Shown here one piece after another: positions 13,446 to 28,690 of a DNA stretch of 64,000 bases. Below the pieces are notes generated by a model. That model did no database searches and had not been told where the DNA came from. It was given only the letters and a program-made list of their open reading frames with translations. The stretch's first letter is position 1. Each line of letters begins with the position of its first letter. The DNA lies in contig NC_087449.1 of the NCBI RefSeq assembly GCF_036321535.1, positions 52,142,001-52,206,000 on the forward strand, read 5' to 3'. A program made the position numbers and the translations under genes. This stretch comes from Camelus dromedarius (taxonomy: Eukaryota).

Positions 13446-13828
13446 TCATGATTAGAAGGGGTTGTCTGGAACATCTACATGCTTTGAGTATATACTTCAT
13501 GCCAAAGCCCCAAACTACAGTTAATGTAGGCAGGATGTGGGCATCCTCAACCCAAGAAGGGTCCAGTACCAGGGGTTCCTGTCCCCAGGAGGAGATGGGT
13601 TCTTGCCTGGAGGTGCCTAGGTCTGAGCAGAGGGACACATCTGGTTGGCACCCTGGGGTGGGAGGTGTCATACTCCTGCCAGCCATACTCCATCTGGTTC
13701 TCCAGCTCCCCAGATACCCCAGAGGCCCCCAGACCTGGCCTAATCCTCCCATTCAAGGCTATCCTCCATCAGGCCCCACTCCACACCCTCCACACACACA
13801 AACAAAAGTATTTATCACAAAATCATTT

Positions 13829-13834
13829 TTTATT
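13829..13834 (-). terminator. GPR3: GPR3 poly(A) signal AATAAA
   Basis: TTTATT on +, with a CA-rich stretch at 13790-13807 (GU-rich downstream element on -); gives a last exon of about 2.0 kb. Confidence 0.8.
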
Positions 13835-14841
13835 GAGGATTGGGTCAGGGACAGAAATAGGGAGTGCACTGGGGGCCATACCCCAGTTGGCAGAGGAGTC
13901 AGGTGTTGGCTAGCACCCTGCCTCCTCTAGGGCACCGCAGGGTAGGGCCTGGCCCCCAAGCTCTGGCTGTGGCGCTGGATGCCAGGCTGGAGTGGAGCTG
14001 GGGTTGCTTGGCCTGGTCCCGGCTGCCTGGCCGGGCTGCAGTTTCCCCAAAACGGCCACCAGAGGGCAGCCGGCTCCCAGCGCAGAGGAATTCTCGGTTT
14101 CTCAGGTGATGGCTTCTTAAAAAAATAAAAAACCAGAGGCTGGTGTGTTCCCCCTGCAAACCCGAGGGGGGCGGGTCTGGGAAGAAGGCTCTGGTTTCTA
14201 TGATCTCTTTGATTAAAAAATAAGCAAAAATAATAACAAAATACGTGGTTTCTCTCTCTCCCTTCCCCCCCTCTAGGAACTGAGGTCAGAAATGGGGGTG
14301 TTGGGGACTAGGAGTACCCTGGTATGGCCTGGATTTCAAGGGGTGGGTCTCTTTTCTCCCCTTAACACCCATAAATAAATTCATAAATAAATAAATAGTA
14401 AATAGATATTCTTCTTTGTATGTGCTCATATATACAGGTAAATCTTTCTTTCTCTTATCTAGGCTACTGAGTAACTAACCTCTCTGACTCTTTAGCTCAG
14501 AAACTCAAAGGTAAAGTGACATGATCAAGGTCAAGGGAGGAGTAAGATCAGGGACTTGGAATGGCACTGTAGAACACCCAGCAGCATGCTGGAGCTCCAA
14601 GCTAGCTTGGCTGTGGGACATTTCTGAGTGGAACCCTGACCACCTGAACATTCTGGAACCATGGAGCCAGCTGGGCCCTGTATGGATCTGAACAGAATCC
14701 TGTGAAACACCCAATGTCCTAGAACTCCAGAACCAGCTGGATCTTGGGGGTGTGGAGCTGGGAGGGTTGGGACAAAGCCCTGGAGGACCTAACATTCTGG
14801 AATTCTGTAGTGATCAGGGCTGAAGGGTCAACAGGATGAGA

Positions 14842-15834
14842 CTAGACATCACTAGGGGAACGGGATCGGAATGAGATCTTGGAAGAAGAACAGCAGCAGC
14901 AGACAGCCCACAGCACCTTCTGCACATCCTGGTTGCGGAAGGCGTAGATGATGGGGTTGATCATGGAGTTGTAGGTGGCAGGGAGCAGGGTGACATAGGT
15001 GTAGAGGAGCGGGGAGTGGGCATCGCCCAACAGGCAGTAGACAGTGAAGGGCAGCCAGCAGGCGGCAAAGGCCCCAAGCACCACGGCCAGGGTGGCGATG
15101 CCCTTTCGGGTGGCCACGTAGTGGGAAGCAGGCAGCAGGTGCCGCTGGAGGGCAATTTGCTGGGCGTGGCGGCAGACGATGCGACAGATCTGGGCATAGA
15201 GCTGCAGCATGATGCCAAACACCATGAAGAAGGCAACGGCCAGGACCACCAGATGGTTCTTGGAGAGTGGATATACAATGCCACACGTGGTCTGGGCATC
15301 CAGGCAGTTCCAGGCCAGCGCAGGCAGCAGCCCCAGGCCCAGCGCGCCCCCCCACACCAGGGCCAGCATCACATAGGTCCGCATCACTGTTGTCTCTGAG
15401 TAGTAGGTGAGGGCATTGTACAGAGAAAGATAGCGATCGACAGTGATGGCCAGTAGGCTGCCTACGCTGGCAGTAAAGGCCATCGCCAGCACGCCAACCA
15501 GCACCAGCTTCATCTCCACTGAGCCAATGCAGAAGACAGCAGCAAAGTGCATGACCAGGCCCAATCCTGCCAGCAGGTCTGCCACGGCCAGGCTGCCGAC
15601 TAGTAGGAACATGGGGGCACGGAAGGCAGGAGTGCCCACAATGATGGCCACCACCAGTGCGTTCTCACAGGACACAAGGGTACCCGAGATGCACAGCACT
15701 ACATCCCAGGCGCTAGGTGAGGGCAGTGGTGCATCTGGGTCTGTGGGCCCCTCTGTTGAGCCCACGCTGCTCATGTTCATGTTGCCTGGGCCAGCAGAGA
15801 GCCAGGCCAGGGGGCTGCCTGCACCCCGCATCAT
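14842..15834 (-). CDS. GPR3: G protein-coupled receptor 3, 330 aa, intronless CDS
   Basis: ORF-track protein has 7 TM segments, DRY, CWLP and NPIIY motifs, and C-terminal RSRSPSDV; acceptor cag|gtaccATG lies 5 nt before the start codon. Confidence 0.99.
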   Translation of the reverse strand: MMRGAGSPLAWLSAGPGNMNMSSVGSTEGPTDPDAPLPSPSAWDVVLCISGTLVSCENALVVAIIVGTPAFRAPMFLLVGSLAVADLLAGLGLVMHFAAVFCIGSVEMKLVLVGVLAMAFTASVGSLLAITVDRYLSLYNALTYYSETTVMRTYVMLALVWGGALGLGLLPALAWNCLDAQTTCGIVYPLSKNHLVVLAVAFFMVFGIMLQLYAQICRIVCRHAQQIALQRHLLPASHYVATRKGIATLAVVLGAFAACWLPFTVYCLLGDAHSPLLYTYVTLLPATYNSMINPIIYAFRNQDVQKVLWAVCCCCSSSKISFRSRSPSDV

Positions 15835-16871
15835 GGTACCTGCAGGAGAAAGGCCCTATGAGAAGCTGGCAGGCCTGGGTGCTGGGTGAAGGGGTCTGCT
15901 GACAGGATATTTGGCTGGGTCCCAATGCCTTGTTCCCTGACTCGTGCCCTGGACCTCCTTCCAGGATACGTTTACTCTCCCTTTCTCATGCCCCCAGGCC
16001 AACAGGGGTCTCTTTTCCTGGGGATCACTGTCCTGGTCGTCTTCATCCTCCCTTCCAACTCCCTGAGTCCTACAGGCCTCTTTCTCCCACATGTGTGACC
16101 AGAGGAGAACAAGATGAAGGACTACCATAAGTGGATGGAGGCCCATAGGATCCAGGAGACGCCTGGAAAGGCCAAGGACTGGGGGAGGGAAACATCTTAA
16201 GACTGAGGGCAGCTCTGCTCCCTCCCCACCAGGGAGGATGATGCTCAGTTTCTGAGGCTCACCAGACCCCTCACGATTCTCAGTGCTGCCATCCCCAGAC
16301 TCCACCCCAAGAGAATGCTCATGAAGCTACCGCCAGCCCCCGCATTGCCCTCCTAGGGTAGCAACACTTTGGAACTCAGCCCCCCTAACACACACCCGCC
16401 TAGACTTCTGTCCCTAGCCAGACCACTCTTTCTGCCTGAACCTCTGGGTCTTTGGAACATACACCCCCTGCTGGAAGCCTGGATCCCTGAGTCAGACCTC
16501 TTCTCGGACACCTGGATCTTGGGCCTGACTCCGCCTCCTGCTCGGATGTCTGGATCCCTAGGTCAGACACTCTTCCTGCTCGGACGCCTGGGTTCTTTCC
16601 CAGACGCCTCCTGCCGGCCCAACCTCAGATGACCGTTGGTTCCTACAGGGCCTCAAGTCCCTGCAGGAGTGCTCACCCCCGAGCCAGGTCACCCAACTGA
16701 GGGCTCTCAGCACGCAGACACTGAGTCCCCTCTTGCTAGCCCAGAATCTGGCTTCCAGGTCTCGACCTCCGACCCCAGCCACCCACTGGGAGCCTTACCG
16801 CTGGCCCAGCGCCCCAGCATCCTACGTGCTCTCCCGGACGCCAGGTGCCCTCTGCGGGGCCCGCTACTCAC

Positions 16872-16960
16872 CTCTCGGGACCGGGCGCGGCAGGGCCAGG
16901 GGAGGCTCCGCTTGGGTTCGGGCTGCACAGGGTATGTGGGGACCCCGAGAAGCCCCCGCG
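16872..16960 (-). other. GPR3: GPR3 non-coding exon 1 (5' end approximate)
   Basis: Donor gag|gtgagt at 16872/16871 on -, within the CpG island. Confidence 0.6.
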
Positions 16961-17200
16961 GCCGCGGGAGAAGCGGCGTGAGTCACCCCGCCCCGCCCCG
17001 CCCCCGGCCACCGGTTCAGTGACGTCAGCGGCCCGGCTGGCCAATGGGCGCGTCGCGCTGGGGCGCAGCGCGCTCCTCTCGGCATAGTAATGAGGCCTCG
17101 TGCCGCCCGCTCCCCCATTCATAAAAAGCAACCGTGGCTGCGGCCCCGCCCCCTCCTGAGTCGGTACTCGCTGTCCTTGACGCGGCGCCCTCTACCGGCC
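16960..17200 (-). promoter_or_regulatory. GPR3 CpG-island promoter: AP-1 TGAGTCA 16979-16985, GC boxes 16987-17005, CRE TGACGTCA 17020-17027, CCAAT 17041-17045
   Basis: Motifs read directly; high CpG density. Confidence 0.8.
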
Positions 17201-17857
17201 AGGGGTTTCGGGGGCTCTGGTGCGAGAGGCTTGGAGAAGTCCTAGGGAGGCTGAAGGGGATGTACGTGGGGAGCAGAAAGGGGACCTGAATAGGCTGTGG
17301 GGTGCTGGGACCCTTGGGTGGCAGACACAAGCTGACGGAATTCAAGTGACGGAGACAAAGTGATGGGGCTGAATGAGCGCCCCCGGTGAAGATGACGGGG
17401 GTTGCTAAGATAATGGGGCCCTGAGGTGACGGTGACAGGAGCACGAAGGAGCAGGGAGGTGGGTGGCCGTGACAGTATGAGCATGATGACAGGATCTTGG
17501 GGGATGGTGGCTGTGGGACGCGGAGGTAGAGAGGGAAGCAGCGTCAGGGTGACTGTGTGGCATGATGGGATTCAGGGGTCCCAGGTTGGCAGAGACAGTG
17601 GCAAGGGAAAGGGAAGACTGTGTGTCCAGGTGATAGGACTTCAGGTCACCGTGACCCTGTCACAAGTGCTGACGTACTGAAGTGACAAGGCTGTGATAAG
17701 TGTTGCAGGGTCCTTGAATGAAGATATAAAGTGACTGTGGAGAGTGGGCCCCAGGGTGATTGGGACAGGGGAGAGGGTCTGGACTGACAGTGACCAGGCA
17801 GGTAAGTTGCTGCCAGGGCAGGTCCTCGTGATGCTGGGGCTGGCATAAGGAGCTGAG

Positions 17858-17881
17858 TGACGTCAATCATGTCAGCCCAAT
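17858..17881. promoter_or_regulatory. Upstream CRE (17858-17865) plus CCAAT (17877-17881) module
   Basis: Perfect TGACGTCA followed by CCAAT, about 0.9 kb upstream of GPR3 exon 1. Confidence 0.55.
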
Positions 17882-18519
17882 AGCGCCCTCACAGCACGGG
17901 AGGTGGGGTGGGCCTGGCAAGATTTCAAAACCTGAATTATTTATTCAAGGATCTGGAAAGCCAGCAGGGTGGTGGTGGTGGGGGGGGGGGGGCACTTCCC
18001 CGAAGCAGCAGGAGTCGGGAGCCGGGAAAAACTCGGAAGCAGAAAACCTGGCAGCTCAGTCCCTAGGGCAGGCATCTCTCAACCACCCGTCTTAGGCACC
18101 CTGGCAGGATAGGGCACGGAGAAGGAGCTCCCCCTTCCCCAACCCTGCCTGTTCCCAGGGAACCTCTCTCAGCTGACTTCTCCAGACATGACAGATTTGG
18201 CTGGTCCTGGGGGAAGAGAACTGGCTGCTCTTCCTCCATCTCTAGCTTTCATACTCACTGGAATCAACCAGACCTGTTGTGGGATGGGGGTGGGGGGCAG
18301 GGATCAGGTTAGGGCTTGAGGAAACCAGAGGGGCCCAGATTCCGGGCCCCACCAACTTCTCTTCCCAAAACAGAATCACTACAGCTCCCACAGTCGGTGC
18401 AGGGCAGGGGAAGGAGGTGGAAGGGTACATGGGAAAAGGAGAGGGTCAGGGCTGGTGAAGATAATGCACTTCAGATTGGATGTGGTGAGTTTGGGGTGTT
18501 TAGCAGGTAGATGTGGTTA

Positions 18520-18640
18520 GGAGTATAGACTGGGGTTCAAATCCCAATTCCTCCATTTCCTAGCTGTGTGACTTTGGGTGAATATCTTAGGCTCTTTGTG
18601 CCTGTTTTCTCATCTATCAGATGGAAAGAATGTTAGTATC
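18520..18640 (+). mobile_element. MIR SINE
   Basis: ggggttcaaatccc...ctagctgtgtgactttggg...gttttctcatctatcagatgg. Confidence 0.75.
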
Positions 18641-19179
18641 TACTTTGTCAGGAGGAGCCTGGCACATTATCAGCAGTGGCTGTGTTGACTATCGGTATAT
18701 CTGACAGGAGGAGGAGACCTGGGAGGCACAGGTGTGCAGATTAGTGACTGAGGTTCTAGGGGTAGAGGACATCACCAGGGGAGGGAGCAGAGAGTGAGGA
18801 GGAGCCTCAGGGAACCTCACCATTGAGAGCACAGACTGTGGATGGGTGTGTTCCTGCCCCTGGGCCTTTGCACTGGCTAATCCCTCTGCCTGAAACTCCT
18901 TCACTTCACTCAGGTTTCTGCACCTAAGTCACTTCTTCCAGAGCAAGCTTTCCTGACATTTACTCTAGATTAATACTCCCCTTCCCATCACTCTCTCCTC
19001 CCTTTCCTTGATTTTTTTTCAAGGAGATAAACCAATTTCACTATCCATCATTATGTTATACAAAAGTCTAGAAACAGGATTGTAGAGCAAATAAATGAGA
19101 GGTAAATAAGAGGCAGCAGACATAAGTTAAAATTGAATTATTTTTCCAAGCTATTGGTATGAAATTGATTTATTATTTT

Positions 19180-19355
19180 TCAGAGCACTTAGTGCTCCTG
19201 AAATTATAAATTTATTCATGTGTGTGTGTTTAAATATGTGTCAGCCCCATCAGAATATAAGCTCCAGGAGGGTACAGATTTTGTTCTGTCCTATCCTGGA
19301 GAACAGCGCCTGGCGTATAGTGAGTATCCAATAAATACTTGTTGAGTGGATGATT
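19180..19355 (+). mobile_element. LINE-2 3' end
   Basis: agaatataagctccaggaggg...gcgcctggcgtatagtgagtatccaataaatacttgttgagtggatga. Confidence 0.75.
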
Positions 19356-19617
19356 AAACTAAACATAGCATCTAGAAAAAGAGAAGGAAAACTCAGAAAA
19401 AGTAGTAATTTGCATGTGTCAAGGTGTCAAGAAATTTGGGGGCATTAGAATACAAGGCCTTCAGTGCCCCAGGACCCAGGTATCCACTTTCTCCCCCATC
19501 AGAGCTGGGTACCAATAACTATCCAGCTGGTCGCAGAGAAGCATGAAGTTTGCTGGGAAGCTGGCATGAAACAGTGTATGAGAGACTATCTTCTGCTATT
19601 CTGAGTGGTAGTGATCC

Positions 19618-20143
19618 TTTTAATTTTTCATAGTTTGTTAATCCTCTCATGAAAAATCTGCACAATCATCACAGATAAAGTCACTACTGAATCTCCACTC
19701 CTTTCTTTTTTTCCCCCACCTTCCTTTTGCCAGCACCAACATTGGCCTTTGTGGTCCCCCGGACCTCCTTCATTCTGTTCTCATGTTCCGTATGTTGTTT
19801 CCTTGAGTTCTTTTTCTTCTCAGGCAGGCCATGTCTTGCAAGGCTGTGCTGATTTATTTTCCTTGCATAATCCAAGGAATCACAAATCATGCCTAAGCCA
19901 GTTGTCTTGTTGCCACCAAAATGGGTTGTGACTCCAAATATAAAGATGACGTCTGGTGTGGTCTTGTAACTTTTGGCTAGTTTTCCCCAAATTTCTGTCT
20001 TGGGTACTGAGTTGCCCTTCCAGGGTAAACAACATTGATGATCATGTTTCCACTGAAGTAGCTGGTTGGCCAGAATTCCCTGACCCCAGATAGTTACAGG
20101 GTCATTTGTGATGGAGGTGATCCTCAGGCATCCAGGGAGAAGA
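19618..20143 (-). pseudogene. RPS24: Processed (retro)pseudogene of ribosomal protein S24
   Basis: ORF 19684-19890 ([46 protein letters not shown]) matches the eS24 C-terminal half. Upstream sequence gives frameshifted [22 protein letters not shown]. No introns, start codon decayed to ACA (20107-20109), remnant A tail at about 19618. Confidence 0.92.
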
Positions 20144-20849
20144 CTGCAGTGATATTTCTAACCATAAGAAACCCCAGAAACTCAAAGAGACTCAAGTGAG
20201 GCTACAGATTTTCACATGAACACTCTCTTATGCTCCAAAACTGCCCCATGTCTACAGGACCATTGAAGCCATCACTGCCAACCAGGTCTCTCTTTCCCAA
20301 AGATCAGTTGCCTAGGGGAAGGGGAAGCCCATCCTCCTCTCTCCTCCTCATGCCCTCTGCCCTGCCTCCTTGATTCATTCCCATCACTGACACCCCCCTC
20401 CAGTCCTTCTTACCCACCAGGTGCCAGACGAGAGCCCAATGCTTATAATAATCCTGCATCCTCATTTCATAGATGAAGCCCAGAGAAGCCAAAGGACTTC
20501 CCCAAATCACACAGTAAATGGCAGAGCTAGGATCAGAAGTCAGTCTCTCTATAACCAAATCCAGTGTGCCTTTCATTCTAGCTTAGCTATCACCATCTCC
20601 CCAGAAAGGACTGAAAGTGAAGTTTGACTAGGGCTGACAATGCTTGCAGTTCCCCAGGTGACCACGAGATGGCTGGGAGCTCTCACTTCCAGGTAAGACT
20701 TTACCTCTTTTCTCTTCAACCTGGAGAATCCTGTCCATTTAGGCTCTGAAGAGAGGTGTGTGTGCAAGAGACACAGGTAATATCCACACAAACTCCTTGT
20801 CCAAGCCCCCAAATCTGGGCATCATCAATGCATACATTCTTAGCACAGA

Positions 20850-21750
20850 CCCATTCATTCGTTCAGCCAATATTCACTGACAGTTCCTCTGGGCTTGAGT
20901 TTGAGTGGGTGCTACAGACAGAGAGATGATCTGGCCATATCCCTGCATTTTCAACATTCAGTAAATATTTATTGAGCATATACTGTTTCCCAGGTACAGT
21001 TCTAGCACAGAGGATACAGCAATGAACAAAAATCACTTCCTTCCTCATGGAGCTTCCATCCCAGTGGGGAGAGATGGACAATATACAAGTAAGTAATGTG
21101 ATATTAAGTAGGGAGACTTTGAGGATCTCACAGACCAGCAGAACAGACAAACATGTACATGGCCACAACATGGTAATTGTGGTTATTTAATAAGCACCTA
21201 CTTAACTTTTATGTGTGCAGGTGAAGGTAAACATGGTTCCTGCCTTCATGGAACTTATAGCCTAGGAAACAAATGAGTAATTAATTATACAGTTGATACA
21301 TGTTCTGAAGGGAATAGGAAGTGTCATGATGTAGAATAACAAACCAGGAGACCTCTTTTAAGTAGGGAGGTGATGGAGCAAGTCAGTTGATGAGAGGATA
21401 GAGTTTCAAGGAGAGGACACAGCAGGTGCAAAGTGTGAGGAGGAAAAGAGTTGACGTGTTTGAGGAATAGAGAGGAGGCTAGTGTGTCTGAAGCCAAATG
21501 AGGCAAGAGGAGAGGTAGGAGTTGAGCTCAGAGAGGTGGGCAGGGGGAAGATCATGTAAGTCTTGGAAAGCAGTGAGATGAGAGCCATTGGTGGGCTTAA
21601 ACATGGGGAAATGATGTGATTTGACTTACATTTTCAAAGGATCACTCTGGCTACTGAGTGGAGAACAGACTGGAAGTGGGGAGCAGAAGCAGAAGCCCTA
21701 CCAGGAAGCCACTGCAGTCACCCAGGCAAGAGATGGTGAGAGGATGAGGG
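20850..21750 (-). mobile_element. LINE-2 fragments
   Basis: cattcattc..., aaatatttattgagcatatactg...gatacagcaatgaacaaaa..., aaaggatcactctggctactgagtggagaa. Confidence 0.75.
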
Positions 21751-22599
21751 CTTGGGTGCAGCTGGGACAAGTGCTGCAGCAGCTCAGCCTGGCTCTGGGA
21801 CAGTTATAGAGGGCTTCCTGCAGGAGGTGGCCTCTTAGTGGTGTCATGAAGGATTATTTTGCCAGACATACGGAGTCAGGAGAGGAGAAGGAACCTCCAG
21901 GAGAGAGAATAGCTATAGGATAAAGGCAAGGAGGTACAAAAGAGGGTGTGTGTTGAGAAGGGGCTATTCTATTTTCTCAGAGAGTAAAAAGGTGTTTGGG
22001 TGAGCACAAGACATGCTGTAGAGACTTCTAGAACCAGGAATCAAAGGGTCGTGGAGACCAAGCTGAGCTGAAAAGTTGTTTCATGGTTGAATCCATATTT
22101 TCAGGAGAGCTCTGCACTGTGAAGGCTGACTTGGGGAGGGGCCTGGAGGCTGAGAGGCAGTGAAGCCAGCAAAGGGAAGGTGAGGGAACAGGAGCCAGGG
22201 GATACGCAGAGGCAGAATCTGCAGGACTTCAGCCTGGGGCCTGAGACAGAGGGAGGGGGTGAAGATGTGACCATGGTTTGCAGTCGGGTGCCAGACAGAC
22301 ACGGAGCGTTGAGGGGAAGAAGAGAGGAGGGTGCAAGGGATGAAACGAGGTGGGGCTGCGAGAGCCTAGCGGCCGGTCCTAGCTGTCGTAGAGCTCGGTT
22401 GGAGGACGCCCTCGATAAGGCCCCGCCTGCACGGAACCTGGAAGTCAGGAACGTGACCTCACTTAAAATCCAGTTTTTGCCACTAACTCTGTGACCGACT
22501 AGTCACTCATTTTGTGAGCCTCGGTTTCCTCATCTGTGAAGTAAGGGTAATAACTCAAGAGTTTTCGCGAATTTGCTGGTGGAGGTATCCAGTGACCAG

Positions 22600-26623
<4,024 letters not shown>

Positions 26624-26919
26624 TCCCCTTCAGGCCTTGATTCCACACTCAGGGGGAAGAGGATGAAGAGGCTGCCCTCTTGGCCCCCTTGTGGACACTG
26701 GGGGTGGGAAAAACTTTGACCACCAAATTCTGGCCCCTGTGGGCATTGAGCAGGCTCAGTGCCCAATACCTGCATCCCCTCCTGTCCTGGGCCTGGAACC
26801 TGCAGCTGAGAGCATCCTTCAACCACCTCCAGTCTCATCCATCATCCCTGCAGGCCCCTTGCCTGGTATTAGGTCTGGGCCTGCCTCTTCCCATCAACCT
26901 GGCCTGGACACTGCCCTCA

Positions 26920-26925
26920 AATAAA
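26920..26925 (+). terminator. CD164L2: CD164L2 poly(A) signal AATAAA
   Basis: First AATAAA after the last exon stop, about 300 nt downstream. Confidence 0.75.
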
Positions 26926-28249
26926 GGAGCTCTTTCCAGCACTGTGCTTTATGTCCCATGTCTTGAGCCATGTGTGGATTGGACGGGGTTAGGGCACAGC
27001 CACTGTCCTCTCCTTAATGGAAATTCAGCCTCAGGCTGTTGTTGTCATCTTTTAATATATTGTCCTTTGTTATATGTGTTTAATTCCCTCCCTCCACTGC
27101 TTTATAGATGGGGGTACAGAGACTCAGATGGGTGAGCACTCCTGCTCAAGATCGCACCGAGTGGGATGGGGCAGGGCTGGGATTGAAATGCAGGTTTTTC
27201 TGGCTCCAGAATGACAGAGCTTCAGAGCTCATCTGCAGAGGCACCCCTCTTTTGGTGCTCTTTTGGCTTTTAAAGTTAGGTTTCTGCCCCAGGGCCAAGA
27301 TGGAGATGCCCTTGGGACCCTCTACAGCCATTTTTGTGCTTCTGGCTTTCCTCATGCAGGCCTTCCTGGAAATCCCCACCTCCCCCAAAGCCCCCTCACC
27401 CATGCCCACCTCCCCCTCTTTACCCCGCCATCCCTGGGCCCAGAAGTCTTCCTGGACAAATAACATCTCCCACCGATGGGGTACTTGCTGGAAACCAGGC
27501 ATGTGGCTAGGAATCTGACATCAGTCTCTGATTTAGTCCCAGGATTGTCCCAGGAAGCTGTAAAGGCAACAGAAGGGAATAGGCAAGTGTTCAGCCTGTG
27601 GAACCCCAGTGCTCTAAGTGAACTGGAGCAAGTTATTTAACAGCTCTGGGCCTCTGCTTCATGTGTAAAGTCAGGTAACAGCAGTATCCATCTCAGTGAG
27701 ATGTGGGAAAGGTTCAGAGCAGGCGCATGTGCTCCGTCTGCTTCATTGCAGGGCACCCATCCACCCTTCCAGCTGCGCAGTGTGCGGGTCAGCCACCTGC
27801 CCCTCTTCCTCCGCAGGGCCTAGCCTTGCTGCAGGGTCTCTGGCTGCAACTAGAAGGGCTTTGAGGGCCCCTGGGGTCCACAGGTAGTTCCAGCTACTCT
27901 GGGGCCTCACAGAGGACTCACCTGCTTGCACATTGCACACCACAGACAATACCAAACACAGTCCACCGCCTCATCCCTCCCCCTCAGCTCTCACTTCCAG
28001 CGAAACCCCCCATAGACTCAGACATCAGTCCCCCTCCAGCCATCCGGATCTACTGCTTGTTACCCGGCCTGCCTTGCTCTCTCTCTTCTCCAAGCCTCTG
28101 CACCCGCAGTTTCTCCTGCCAGGTTCACCCTCCCCTGGCTTCTCCATGCAGCACTTAATCCTGGCAGGGATGATGCCCGTTTTCTCCGGGGCTGAGGGAG
28201 GAAATGCCCGCACCTCCTTCTGCCTTCCGCCTAGTTAAGGAAATTTCTT

Positions 28250-28690
28250 GATTGGATGTTTTCTTTTTCAAAAGTAGTAAATGCCTGTAAGGAACCAAAG
28301 GACTATATAGAAGTTTATATAAAGAAAGAGAATCACTCTCCCCTGGTCCCACTCCCCAGAAATAACTATGCTTAACAGGATGCGTCAGACCTTTTTCTAT
28401 GAATTCACCTACAACATACACACCTACACACATTTAGCTTTTTTAAAATACAAAGTGAGAACATGCCTTACATATTGTTCTGCAACTTCGCCCGTTTTGT
28501 TATAGATCAGATTTGCCCTATGACTTGTCCCGATGGTGATAATTTATTTGCCTGCATCCTATCCATGTCCAAGTGGGTTATTTCCACTTTGGTTATTATA
28601 AACAGCATCATGATAAAAGAGCTTGTCCACAGATCCTTAAACACCTGTGAGAAAGTGTGGGGAGGAGAGATTCCTAGAGCTGGAATTGCA
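28250..28690 (-). mobile_element. Ancient L1M-type LINE-1 fragment
   Basis: ttgttctgcaact..., ttatttccactttggttattataaacagcatc..., agattcctagagctggaattgc resemble antisense L1M 3' region. Confidence 0.65.

Noticed and set aside
16441-16617. Spaced repeats as a CRISPR-like array
   Set aside because: Eukaryotic intron; units are degenerate and contiguous with no unique spacers and no cas genes
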